Shown here: piece after piece, positions 26,390 to 37,968 of the stretch | How positions within the stretch are numbered: position 1 is the first letter of the stretch | How the letters are laid out: each line of letters begins with the position of its first letter | DNA from: Squalus acanthias | Taxonomy: Eukaryota | Assembly: GCA_030390025.1 (NCBI GenBank) | Contig: CM059432.1 | Coordinates: forward strand, 145,330,001 to 145,394,000 | Direction: 5' to 3' | DNA length: 64,000 bases | The notes under the pieces: model-generated | Told to the model about the DNA's origin: nothing | Database searches by the model: none | What the model saw: the letters and a program-made list of their open reading frames with translations, nothing else | Position numbers and translations under genes: made by a program

Positions 26390-26760
26390 GCTGTTCCAGT
26401 GAAGCTCAATGCAAGCTTGGGGAACAGCACCTCATGTTTCTAATGGGCACTTTGCATCCTTCTGGACTTAACATAACTTTAACATCTTCAGACCTTAACC
26501 ACAGCTCCCATTTTCTCTTTGGCAGTAGGTGCTGGAAATGCAGGATGGGTGCCAGCATTTCCAGGGATAGTGGAGTGGGGACCCCCCCTCCCCTGTTCTA
26601 CGCCCTTTACAGGTCATTCTATGTGTGTGGTTCCCCTCCGCCCCCTCCCTCTATCCCTCGTCCTGTTCCTTCTAAATGCTGTCTATCTAATATCTTTCCA
26701 TTCTGAGAAGGGTCTATACCTGAAACATCAACTGAGTTTTGTTCTCTCAACAGATTCTGC
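26390..26760 (+). mobile_element. Penelope-like element 3' fragment with a degenerate hammerhead core
   Basis: EAQCKLGEQHLMFLMGTLHPSGLNI, homologous to 62660-62745 on the minus strand; ctgaga-agggtctatacct-gaaacatc at about 26703-26729. Confidence 0.65.
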
Positions 26761-26789
26761 ATGGTTTTGTTCAAGGCATGGGACTTGTT

Positions 26790-27500
26790 ACTCAATGGAA
26801 AGATGCTGAAGCATGTGGATGAACAGAGAGACCTAGGAGTTCGAACACATAATTCCCTTGAAGTACGAGTGCAGGTAGATAAATTCATAAAAAAGGCCAA
26901 CAGCATTTTGGGTTTTAAAAATAGGAGTTTTAAGTACAAGAGTAAAGCAGTAATGATAAATTTGAATAAAGCAATGGTTAAGCTACAGTTAGAGACTATG
27001 TGCAGTTTTGGCTGCCTCATTGTACAAAGAATATTAAAGCCATAGAGAGCGTACAGCATAGATTCACCAGGTGATGCCAGGGATGGGAAACTATAGTTAT
27101 GAGGAGAGACTTAAGATACAGGGTCTTTTTCCATTGGCACAGAGAATATTTAATTGAGATTTTTTTTAATTGTGGGGAATGACTTTCCTCCGGTTGGGGT
27201 ATTAGTGATGAGGAGCCATAAATATAAAATTCTCACTGAGAGTGAGAAGAGTGATTAGGAAAAAGTTCTTTACACAGAAGGTTGTTGAAGCACGGAATCC
27301 GTTACACAGGGAATGGTTGAGGCAGAGACCATTGCATTTTTAAAAGGAAAATGGGACAACTATTTGAAGCAAAGAGAGATGCAAGGCTATGGGAAGAGCG
27401 CGGGCAGTGGGATTAGTTTTGGATTGCCCCAGCAAAGAGCTGGCATGGACACGATGGGCCAAATAGCCTCCTTCTGTGCTGCAAATTCTTATGATTTAAT
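26790..27500 (+). mobile_element. CR1 3' fragment, decayed
   Basis: EQRDLGV, KKANSILGF, FTQKVV motifs and CR1 3' hairpin. Confidence 0.75.
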
Positions 27501-27734
27501 AGATATGGTCTGACCAGAGCTCTGTACAGTTTGGATGTAACTATCTCTGATTCATATTGTACTATTTGGGTGATGTAGTTCAACATTCTGTTGACTTTGT
27601 TGATTGCTGCTTTGCATTGGTAGGATACATTGATCATCAAGTCTACTAAGACTTTTAGCTTTCTTTGCGCATCGTCCTTAGCTATTTCAATACCATTGTT
27701 AAAGAACATGTGACACCTATTTTTTTCTTTATAT

Positions 27735-28075
27735 AAAAAAACCTTGCATTTATATAGCGCCTTTCATGACCTCAGGACGTTCCAAAGCATTTTACAACCA
27801 ATTAAGTATTTCTAAAGTGTAGGCACTGTTGTAATGTAGGAAACACGGCAGCCAATTTGCACACAGCAAGCTCTCACAAACAGCAATGTGATAATGATCA
27901 GACATGTTTTAGTGATGTTGGTTGAGGGATAAATATTGGCCAGGACACCGGGGGAAGCTCCCCTGCTCTTCATCGAAATAGTGCCGTGGGATCTTTTATG
28001 TCCACCTGAGAGAGCAGACAGGGCCTCGGTTTAATGTCTCATTTGAAAGATGGCACCTCAGACAGTGCAGCACTG
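27735..28075 (-). mobile_element. Deu-domain SINE (SacSINE1/AmnSINE1-like)
   Basis: Reverse complement reads GTGCTGCACTGTCTGAGGTGCCATCTTTC..TTAAACCGAGGCCC..AAAAGATCCCACGGCACTATTTCG..GTGTCCTGGCCAATATTTATCCCTCAAC, as recalled for the Deu domain; the tail is shared with L2 copies. Confidence 0.75.
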
Positions 28076-28252
28076 TATGTGCAATACTTTGCACTAGTTT
28101 GTAATAAATGTCATCTGTTATTGTTCTGTCCACTTATTTTGATATGTCCAAAACTCCTATAATACATTTTTGTGCATATTATACATATAAAATGCATTCA
28201 GTGAATAAATATTAAATACTTTGTTTTCGTGTGGATATATGTGCATGTATAC

Positions 28253-29212
28253 CTGATATAACCATCGTCAACACCTTCATCGAAGTGTACGAGAGCATGG
28301 GCCTTACACTAAACATCTGTAAGACAAAGGTCCTCTACCAACCTGCCCCCGCCACACAGCACTGCCCCCCGATTATCAAAATCCACGACGAGGCCTTGGA
28401 CAACGTGGACCATTTTCCATACCTCGGGAGCCTAATGTCAACAAGGGCAGACGTCGATGACGAAGTACAACACCGTCTTCAGTGTGCCAGTGCAGCCTTT
28501 GGTCGCCTGAGGAAAAGAGTGTTTGAAGACCAGGACCTCAAACCCAGCACCAAGCTCATGGTCTACTGAGCAGTAGTGATTCCCGCCCTCCTGTATGCTT
28601 CAGAGACATGGACCATGCACATCAGGCACCTCAAAGCACTGGAGAGGTACTACCAACGCTGCCTCCGCAAGATCCTGCAAATCCATTGGCAGGATAGACG
28701 CACTAACGTCAGTGTTCTCGCTCGGCCAACATCCCCAGCATCGAAGCTTTGACCACGCTCGATCAGCTCCAATGGACGGGCCACATCGTCCGCATGCCCG
28801 ATACGAGACTCCCAAAACAAGCGCTCTACTCGGAGCTCCGACATGGCAAGAGAGCCCCAGATGGGCAGAGGAAACGCTTCAAGGACACCCTCAAAGCCTC
28901 CTTGAAAAAGTGCAACATCTCCACCGACACCTGGGAATCCCTGGCCCAAGACCGCACAAAGTGGAGGAGAAGCATCCGGGAAGGCGCCGAACACCTCGAG
29001 TCTCTTCGCCGGAAGCAAGCGGAAGCCAAGCACAAACAGCGGAAGGAGTGCACGTCAACCCAAGCACCCCACCCACCCGCCCCTTCAACCACCGTCTGCC
29101 CCACCTGTGATAGAGACTGTAGGTCCCGCATTGGACTCATCAGTCACCTGAGAACTCATTTTTAGTGTGTAAGCAAGTCATCCTCGGTTCCGAGGGACTG
29201 CCTAAGAAGAAG
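28253..29212 (+). mobile_element. RTE-clade LINE, 5'-truncated
   Basis: GLTLNICKTKVL, FPYLGS, ASAAFGRL, LLYASETW, WTGHIVRMPDTRLPK, AQDRTKWR; C-terminal CPTC..SHLRTH zinc finger; (aag)n tail; 42-bp flanking direct repeat. Confidence 0.9.
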
Positions 29213-29959
29213 ATTAAATACTTTGTTTCCATGTGGATATATGTGCATGTATACATAGAATAGATTTTCTGTGCATTGGTCTATTCTATACATAGGTCTA
29301 TCTATATATATGTATTTAAAACGGTATGTGATCATAACAGTCCAAGAGCATTGAACCAGTAAGTGGCGCTGCCAGTGTTACATTACATGACATAATGTTA
29401 CATGACAGGACCACCCTGAAGACCCGGAATTTAGCATCCCATGGACTGCTGCAGGAGCCTCCAAAAAAATGCCAAAGACTACACGGGTAAGAAGGCACTA
29501 AAATGGTGCTAATGAAGCAGGAGACATTAAGAATGATAAAACAAGACCTCCCAAAAACCCTGGCTCAAGCACAGCAATATTGATGTAGTCCTTCGATGAA
29601 AAGCCAATGAAAAAGATTATTAAATCTTCAGAATCAATATCAGGTGCTTGAGGATTTACTGGAAAGTATAACAGCAAATCCAAGTTAATACCAACCCAAA
29701 AGAAGACCTGGAGAGTAAGCAAAGACAAAATGGTTGGAAGTCTGGCGTAGACATGAAGCATAAACAGTACATACTGGCCATAAACCAAGTAGAAGCAAAT
29801 CACCTATAACCAACCCCCATAGTATACGAGAAATCCCCCCCTCACATGAAAGAAAACCAGCCAACCCCCACACTGAAGAGAACATTGCTTAAGATCTCCC
29901 CACTACCTGCTGAGGAGAAAATTGCACCCTCCACAACTGAGGAGCAAGTGGCAAATTTC

Positions 29960-30482
29960 CGGAATCACCTTTCCTCCTCCATGCTTCGTAAACTTCAGCT
30001 CATCCAAAACACTGCTGCCCATATCCAATCCCGCTCCAAGTTTTTCTAAACACTCACCCCTGTCCTTGCTGACCTACGTTGGCTCTTGTTCCCTCAATGC
30101 CTCCAATTTAAATTCTGATCTTTATGTTTAAATCCCTTCATGGCCTTGGCCCTCCTCATCTCTGCAATCTTCTTCAGCCCTATAAAACCCCATAACCCTT
30201 GGAACCCTCCGATCCTCCAACTCAGGCCTCTTATGCATTCCCCTCTCCCTTTGCCCCACCATTGGTGGCTGTGCCTTCAACTGTGTAGGCCCCACACTCC
30301 GGAAGTCCATCCCTAAACCCTTCTGCCTCTAGCTCCCTATCTTCCTTTAAGACTCTACTTAAAATCCACCCCTTTGATCAAACTTTTGGTCATCCCGTCT
30401 AATATCTTCTTTGGCTCGGCTTCCATGTTTGTCTGATTACATTTCTGTGAAATGGCTTGGAATATTTTTCTACGTTAAAGAC
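29960..30482 (+). mobile_element. L2 3' fragment whose extreme tail is displaced to 31253-31275 by MITE copy B
   Basis: LRKLQLIQNTAAH motif; tacgttaaagacatt [MITE] attatgtaaatgcaggttgttgttg rejoins into the L2 tail. Confidence 0.8.
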
Positions 30483-30485
30483 ATT

Positions 30486-31249
30486 GGCCCAGAAATTGGA
30501 GTTCGATGGTTGCCGCGGGGGTAAGGATCCCCCGCGATATCGCACTCCGCGCCTGCCTTTATGGTTTTGGCCCACACGAACTTCAGTTCCTGGGCCTCTC
30601 CCTGGTGCCGGTGCACAGTGTGTGCGTGTCCCAGAGGCGCAGTTAATTCGATGTGACCTCTGGGATCACGTGGGCCAGTTAGAGCCAATGGCAGCACACC
30701 ATCTTTCATTCATAGTTTTGACAGGAAGAGCTGTCAAAACTATGAATACAACAAGCCCCCAAAAGAACAGCTAAACCTCAATTAAATTAAAAAAAAGCCA
30801 TCACATTAATAAAATAACTATAGTTAAATAAATTAACCACTTTAAACAAAAATTAAAATTTTTGAAAAAATATTAATTCTTTTTAAAAGTTATAAAAATA
30901 AACTTATCTTTCTTTAAAGTCTCTAAAAAAGATAAACCTGTTGAAATTTTTTTTAAATAATACTTAATTAACTACTTAACTTGTTAAAAGGGGGTCTTAT
31001 GCCTGCTTTCTTTATGTGTAAAATCTTCAACACTTACCTGCGCGTTCAAACCTGAAAAAAAAACTAAGTGTGCTGCATGCGCACAACCTGTAGCGCGCAC
31101 GCGGTTCACTTAGGAACCGCCCCCTTCGCAATACCCGAAGTGCCGGTTTCCCGCGCATGCGCAGTGCATGCAGGAAACCGGCACTTCGGGACCTAATACG
31201 CGAGAGTACACAGTGCGTAATCTCCCGTATTAGGTCTAATTTTCGGGCC
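30486..31249. mobile_element. Non-autonomous Harbinger-type MITE, copy B
   Basis: Terminal inverted repeats GGCCCAGAAATT / AATTTTCGGGCC; TSD ATT (30483-85 and 31250-52); inverted homolog of 22375-23387. Confidence 0.85.
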
Positions 31250-31699
31250 ATTATGTAAATGCAGGTTGTTGTTGTCATCATTATCATTGTCCCATCCCCC
31301 GCCCATTGCTGAGAAGAATATCGCCCCTCAGGAACTCTCCCGCCCCCCCACAAATGAATGCACTATCATCAAAGGAAGCCCCCTCCATTGTCTGTGCCTC
31401 TTTACCCCCTCTCCTCCTCCTGCACCTCCCCATTCCTCCTCCACCGGCCCTGTCTACCCCTCACCATCTTCCCCCTGTTCCCCTTCTCTTCCTCATGATT
31501 CTCTTCCTTCTTTTCTTCTTTATCTCCTGCTCCCCTTCTCCTCTATCCCTCTGTCCAACTACCCTCCCTGATCTCCTCTCTCCCTCTTCCCCCTCCCTCT
31601 CCCATTTGCTTTATCTCCCTCTCCTGCCTTGGTCCAATTATACCCCTACTCTCCAACCCTGCTTGACCTGAAAAATGCCTTTGGTCTTGACTCTCCATG

Positions 31700-32042
31700 T
31701 GCAATGCCATGGGAATTTCAACTAATAATATTTGAAAAGTCGTGCATATAGTGCACGCTTCCTGTAAAGTTTCACACTTATTTCCTGTAACACTTTCCTG
31801 ATCATATTTTACTGATAACACTCTTACTGTTACAAAGCAGCATATATTCTGACTCACTGTGAGGAATAACATGGAAGATCTACTAGTAATATATTGAAAG
31901 TCTAGCAGATAGTCAGCACACTTCCTGTAACACTTTCCCATCACACTTTGTTGAAAACATTCCTTTTGTTATAAAAAAGCAAATTCTCTGACTCACTGTG
32001 AGCAATGTCATAGGAGATCTACCAGTAATATATAAAAATTCT
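31700..32042. repeat. Degenerate tandem repeat of about 140 bp (about 2.5 units)
   Basis: ttcctgtaacactttcc at 31782 and 31922; tctgactcactgtgag and agatctac.agtaatatat recur at the same period. Confidence 0.7.
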
Positions 32043-32490
32043 TGTGGGCAATTTTCAGGGTCCCTGTCCAGCAGGAACAGGGTGCTAGCAGGCAGAAAAT
32101 GGTAGTGCTCCACTTGCCGCCCCGTTTTCTCTCCCCATATGGCCACCACCATTTCAGTCCCATGGTGGAACGAGGCGATTAGAGCACCCACCTATTCAGG
32201 TGGGGGCTTATTTTTAATTACAAATTAGGGTCCTACACCGGTTGTTGGACTGCACCAGTAGTTCTTAAAGGGATGGCTGCAGGCAGCTCCAGAAATGGGT
32301 AAGTAGAAGTTTTGTGCATGATCTTTGTGATGTCAGCAGGAGCAGGAATGCTCCTCCAGGCCCCACAAAAATCTCCCAACCTGCTGCTGGTCGGTCTGTG
32401 TTCCCCACCCCCATAATTACCTCTCTGTCCCCCCTTAACATGGAACTTCTAGCTAGGGTCCATGGAGCCGAGCCAGAAGTTCCACGTTAC

Positions 32491-32613
32491 AAAAGCAAGA
32501 TACTGCGGATGCTGGAAATCTGAGGAAAGGTCACCGACTTGAAACGTTAACTCTGTTTCTCTCTCCACAGATGCTGCTTGACTTGCTGAGTGTTTCCAGT
32601 TATCTCTGTTTTT
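32491..32613. mobile_element. Short Penelope-derived insertion with an inverted 5' piece and a hammerhead core on the plus strand
   Basis: Flanked by gttccacgttac and gttccatgttac; CTGAGGA-aaggtcaccgactt-GAAAC-GTT-aactc at 32520-32553. Confidence 0.7.
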
Positions 32614-33224
32614 GTTCCATGTTACTGGTGGGCTACCTGTGGGCGTTGGTTCAGCTCTTCAGCTCGCCAGCATTAACAAATGAGGCCCCGTCATCAAAAT
32701 GGCTCGGGCCTCTTGCCAAGGGCATCAGGCAGGTGGCACGATTGCACCAGAGGAAACACTGTAACATCTCTCCACCTGTTACAAGCGCAGCTGGCAGACA
32801 TACCGTTGCTGTCCACTAACTGTGAGCAAAGCCCCAGGAGATTCAGTCATACATGAATATTCTCTGTTTTCATATTAGAAAGAAAAGAAAGACTTTCATT
32901 TATATAGCGCCTTTCACAACCTCAGGACGTCCCAAAGCGCTTTACAGCCAATGAAGTTAAGTCACTGTTGTAATGTAGGAATGATGTAGGGTGCAATGAT
33001 TTTGCTACTTTTGGGATTTCTGCTTGGTGCCATACAGAAATTGCATTATAACTCTAGAATCTGCTTCCCACCTGACTCCAAAGCAGAGGGATGTGAGACC
33101 CCTGGGGGAGGCCAATCCCACACCACTTTGCGTTTGGCATAGGATGGTGTCAGGTTTGGTAGTTTTGCAGTTTTGAAACATACATGAGAGTTAATTTAAA
33201 TGTATTAGCTTTCTAAAACACTTA

Positions 33225-33399
33225 GGGACAGATTTTCCTGTTCCTGCCCCATGGCATATTGGATCGTCTGGGCAGATGGCATGGAAGACAATTGGGCGGA
33301 CTCCCTTTTGGGCATGCAATCCTTCAAATTCGATTTTCCTTATGCACTGCCCCCAGACTATCCAATACACCCAGGTGCAGGAACAAGAAAATCTGACCC
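33225..33399. mobile_element. Tourist/Harbinger-type MITE (175 bp)
   Basis: Terminal inverted repeats GGGACAGATTTTCCTGTTCCTGC / GCAGGAACAAGAAAATCTGACCC; TTA TSD on both sides. Confidence 0.75.
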
Positions 33400-33714
33400 T
33401 TAATATTTAGTGGCACGGAGTTGAGCCCCATCTTTGCTGGAGCTATCCTGGTCCTGAGAGTTGGCTGTCAGAGTGACCATTGTAAAAATGTTCCTTGCCC
33501 TCTAATTCTACTTCACTTGAAGTCTACATTTGGTTTTGATTTCCTGGGTACAATGCCATTAAAACATGCATTCATTTAGTTACAGAAATGAATAGTTCAT
33601 TGTACAAATAGAATAGAAATAAGTATTTAGTCGGACTATTTCTGCCATAAATGCCCAGAGAGCTTTTGCCGGGATAACTGGTTTCCCCAAGCGGGCACCC
33701 TTCAACCACTAAAC

Positions 33715-33828
33715 CAATAGCAAAATACTGCTGATGCTGGAAATCTGAAATAACAACAGAAAATGCTGGAAACACTCAGCAGGCCAGGCAGCATCCGTGG
33801 AGAGAGAACAGAGTTAACGTTTCAGGTC
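33715..33828 (-). mobile_element. Penelope pLTR fragment
   Basis: Same sequence as 62063-62175, truncated within the ribozyme stem II. Confidence 0.7.
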
Positions 33829-35749
33829 TGTAGGCGGCCCAGTCCGATCCTAAGGGCTCAGTGCTGGAACAGATGTTCAGTTCCATGTTCCACTATGAAA
33901 TTTCCATTAATTGTTAACAATTCCGTCAGGTTTAAAAGCACCAGTAAATCACTTGTTTGAAAGCATCAACAGCGATATTTGGTTAAATTATAATAAAGAA
34001 CACACAGGTGTGAAGTGTAAACTTGGATGTTATTTCCAGTATCGCTAAAATGATAATTGATATTTACTTTGAACTTTGACTTTAGAATTTCTAAGCGTTT
34101 GAGAGAGACGAGTTTCTGTCTTGTCAGATTCACTGACCGATTCAACCCAACATTGTACACATTTGCAGAAATGTTTTTATTTACATAATGCTCATAAAAT
34201 CATTTTATTAAAATAACGTTTATAAACAAGAAGGTTAATCATTTGAATGCCTTTGCCAAACTTCTGCATATGCCACAAACATTAGAGACTTAATCATGGA
34301 TGGAACTAAAATTCAATCAGTCCTTCGGGCAGTTCTCTCCATCTCATTGTAATTATGTCCTTTTAGCAGGTCATCTGTCAAGGAAACCATCATTTCCCCG
34401 TAACAGGTATCCATAAACTTGCCAGCTGTTCTCTGGATGCTACGTTCTAACTCTTCTTCAATACGTTTCCTTGCAGCAACCCTCAAACCCAAAAGCAGTC
34501 CGACTATTATCAATACGCCGTCTTTACAGAGAAGTGTTATTTAAATACAAAAGCTGGAATCCTGGTTTCTGCTTTGATACGGCGGCGAAATTTGTGCATT
34601 TAGTTCAATCCTTGAAACGTGTTTCTTTGAATTTGTTGACTAGCACATTCATCGAACCAATGATAAGTATTTTCGAATCATAAGAGCTCAAGGACCAGAA
34701 TGTACCAGTATGCAAGTTTTAAAAATCAGAGTGGGTGTTTTGCCATGTTGTGTATAGTCGGCGAGATTGAGAAAAGCCCAGTAAAGATGAGACGCGCGCT
34801 GCAGCCATGGTTCTTCAAATGTAACACAACTGAAAGATATTGATGGTTCAAAGCATAGCTGCAGCATACTGATTACAGCCTTCTAACGAAGCATTGTGGG
34901 CTATAAGAAACTTGTCGTTAGTGTGCATCTGTGCTTTTTTAACACATAAGATATTGCCCTTGGAGTATTTTATCGTTCGGAAAAAAATTACAAGAGTTTT
35001 TCTCTATAACATTTAGAATCTTGGCATAGTATTCTCTGCGCATTTAAAATAATGTGGCGGCATTTGTTAAATATTATATTTTTAAAATAACGTTGCAGAA
35101 TAATTGCAAGTCATTCAGAGAAACCTGCTTCCGTACAAAATACAAATTGAATCAGAGACTGACTTTGGAAATCGGAATAACTGCTGAAACAATGAGTTAC
35201 TGACATAGCAAATGGGATCACCTGCAAATTATCGACTCATTAGTCTGAGTCAGTTATTAGGAATATCAATGAATTCATATTCGTGCAACTCCGCCATGGC
35301 ATTCTAACCAAACTTTGCTCTCATTCAGCTGTGGTGCTCAATTGCTCTCTGCCTACTCTGTTCTATCGTCCTTTGCTGAAGATTCCCTTGCCGGTTCCAT
35401 CACCCACTACTGTGTTTTAAATGTTTATTGCACCGTGTTGCTCCCCGGGTTTGATCAGCACTGAAGCTTCTGGCTGGAAGACTTGTCCTTCTTTCGGATT
35501 CGTCCCACCCCATGCAACATTCTCCACGTCTACGAATCATGTAGTAACACTTTTATCAGCGGTTAATCTAAAGTGCAGTCATTCAGAGGAAACGCTGCCG
35601 CTAAGTCACTGCATCAATACAGGCTACATTTCACATTTAATTGTTCTGCATTGTAATATTTAAGATCTGCACTGCAGGGCAAAAGTAACAAGTAGACATT
35701 TATCTCTCCGGGACTATATACAAACATTGCGCTTCAAAACATGGATTCA

Positions 35750-36140
35750 AAAAGTTAAGTGACGCGTAGGGAACAAAAAGCAGATGGAGATGATGTCACT
35801 GTAAGTGAAAAAAGGATGAAAGATGTAAGCGAGAGAACTAAGTGGAAAGAGAACACGTCATTTATGTTATTCATTGCACGCTAGATGCCGTCCCATCATT
35901 TCCATGGCCGGCTGTTGCTGCGTCAATCTTCTGATAGCTCCCGATTGCTGAAATCCGACAGGAGTACCTCCTTTTTACTTGTTATCAACTTGATCGGCAG
36001 CCCTTAATTGGTCGCTCGACTTAAATGCAAGCAACGGAATTATCATCCCCACCCATCTGAACCGGTGATTTTTTTTAACTTTTATATAAAAAGGTATATA
36101 TACTGTGGTGGAGCTGGTGAATTGGTCCGCACTTTGCAAG
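35750..36140 (+). promoter_or_regulatory. Putative SFRP4 proximal promoter
   Basis: TATATAAA at 36083-36090; inverted CCAAT at 36007-36011; CRE-like half sites at 35760, 35791, 35854 and 35919; CpG-retaining and free of obvious transposons. Confidence 0.45.
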
Positions 36141-36582
36141 ATGTTGCCAGTGATTGCTGCTGTCTGCCTCTGGCTCGGTCCAGGAGTCTTGGTGCAGGGA
36201 GCACCCTGCGAACGTGTCAGGATCCCGATGTGTAAGACAATGCCCTGGAATATCACCAGGATGCCCAACCATCTCCATCACAGCACCCAGGAGAATGCCA
36301 TTCTCGCCATAGAGCAGTACCAGGAATTGGTGGACACCAACTGCAGTCCAGTGCTGCGCTTCTTTCTCTGTGCAATGTACGCGCCCATCTGCACGCTCGA
36401 ATTTCTTCACGACCCCATCAAGCCGTGTAAGTCAGTTTGCCAGAAGGCAAGGGATGGTTGTGAGCCTATTATGAGGCGGTACAACCACAGCTGGCCGGAG
36501 AGCCTGGCATGCAATGACTTACCTGTCTACGACCGGGGAGTTTGCATCGCTCCCGAGGCAATTGTTACCGATGTACCCGAAG
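36141..36582 (+). CDS. SFRP4: Secreted frizzled-related protein 4, coding exon 1 (signal peptide and Frizzled CRD)
   Basis: [98 protein letters not shown]; donor G|GTGAGA. Confidence 0.96.
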
Positions 36583-36936
36583 GTGAGACATGAGTTACTA
36601 CCTGACTTTCAGTGAAGTGCTTTGTAAATACAGCAGAACATCAATAGCCCATCAAAAGTAGAATAATAACATGCATCAATATGTGATTTCCCTTTTTATG
36701 TGGAAGCAGTTGCTCTCAAATGAAATTAAGGTAAAAAGATAAACGGAATGCTTTTAATTTCAATCAGAAAGAATCATGTAGTAACACTTTCTCTGACGTT
36801 CTTAGATGAAAATACTACCTGCATGTCTAAGGGTTTATTATAACTTAGTGTCTAGTTACTAATATTCAATGGAGAAGGCAGTTTGTGAAATTAATTCAAC
36901 CAGAAACTACCTTATCTTTTTGTTTCAAACTTCCAG

Positions 36937-37008
36937 ATGCCAAGTGGATGGACTTCACCCGAGATATGGTGGTCCCGGAGGTTTCTGACTGCAAGAGCTG
37001 GAATGCAG
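36937..37008 (+). CDS. SFRP4: SFRP4 coding exon 2 (linker)
   Basis: ttccAG|AT ... G|GTGAGT; 72 nt, phase 1-1; DAKWMDFTRDMVVPEVSDCKSWNA. Confidence 0.88.
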
Positions 37009-37902
37009 GTGAGTGGTAAGAGAGCCAGCGATGAGCTTTTAAAGTCACGCAGTGTTCCACGGCCTCTATATGAATGAATACAAATATCAGATGCGCAAAG
37101 TGCTAGTGGAGGGCTACAGACATAGTTACCGCTTCTCATGTCCTGTGTTCTAGTGAAAATCTAAAAGTATTCTTTAAAGGCAGTCTAGTTTACCTGCCGG
37201 GCCCCTTAGCACAAACCGTTATACTCAGCGACTAACAATTGGGAAGCTCGATAACAGAAACCGCCGACATTATTGTCCGTAATAACAAAAGCGGAAAAAA
37301 CCCCAAAGAGTCATGGATTATAGCAAAGTCAGGTAGTAAGAGCTATGAATAGAACGCAGGAGGTGTAAACTTCAACAGACATGCACAGCTGCTCACCACT
37401 CCGGCTGATCCTGCACAGACCCAGGGGCAGCTCTTTATGGATACTAGCGAACGAAGCACTTTCGCTGTTGCTATGGGTCTATTCAGAAATGAGTCCTTAG
37501 CGAATCCACCCGCTACCTTGTTATTCTTATCTCAATTGAGCACTTCAATAATGTCAACTATCATTTTGTAATATGAAAAACAACACATTTCTGGGATTTA
37601 TAAAGGATATATATTGATTTACAATTGTCTGTTTATTATATATTACAGGCACGCCCCTCTATTTCACTCTACCACTGTAAAATACACTGGGGGCAATTAT
37701 TGCCACCTACCCCCTTAAAACAAACTACCCAGATCGCTGCTGTAAAACATTTGCTAACCGATCTTTTCTCTTTATAGATGCTGACAGACCAGCTGTGTAT
37801 TTATTGCCAGCACTTTTTGTTGTTATTTCAAATCTCCAGTATTTGCATTTTTCCGTTTACTTAAAATTGTTTGCAGTAACACTTTATCTTACGTTTCGGC
37901 AG

Positions 37903-37968
37903 ATCGTTGTAAATGTAGAAAAATTAAACCGACGTTAAAGACATACTTGGAAAAAAATTATAACTATG
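37903..37968 (+). CDS. SFRP4: SFRP4 coding exon 3 (start of the NTR domain)
   Basis: ggcAG|AT ... G|GTAAGT; 66 nt; [22 protein letters not shown]. Confidence 0.93.

Noticed and set aside
31266..31671. Pro/Ser/Leu-rich ORFs
   Set aside because: Low-complexity CT-rich tract.
36105..36140. Upstream GTG start extending SFRP4 by 12 aa
   Set aside because: The ATG at 36141 has a purine at -3 and directly begins the signal peptide.
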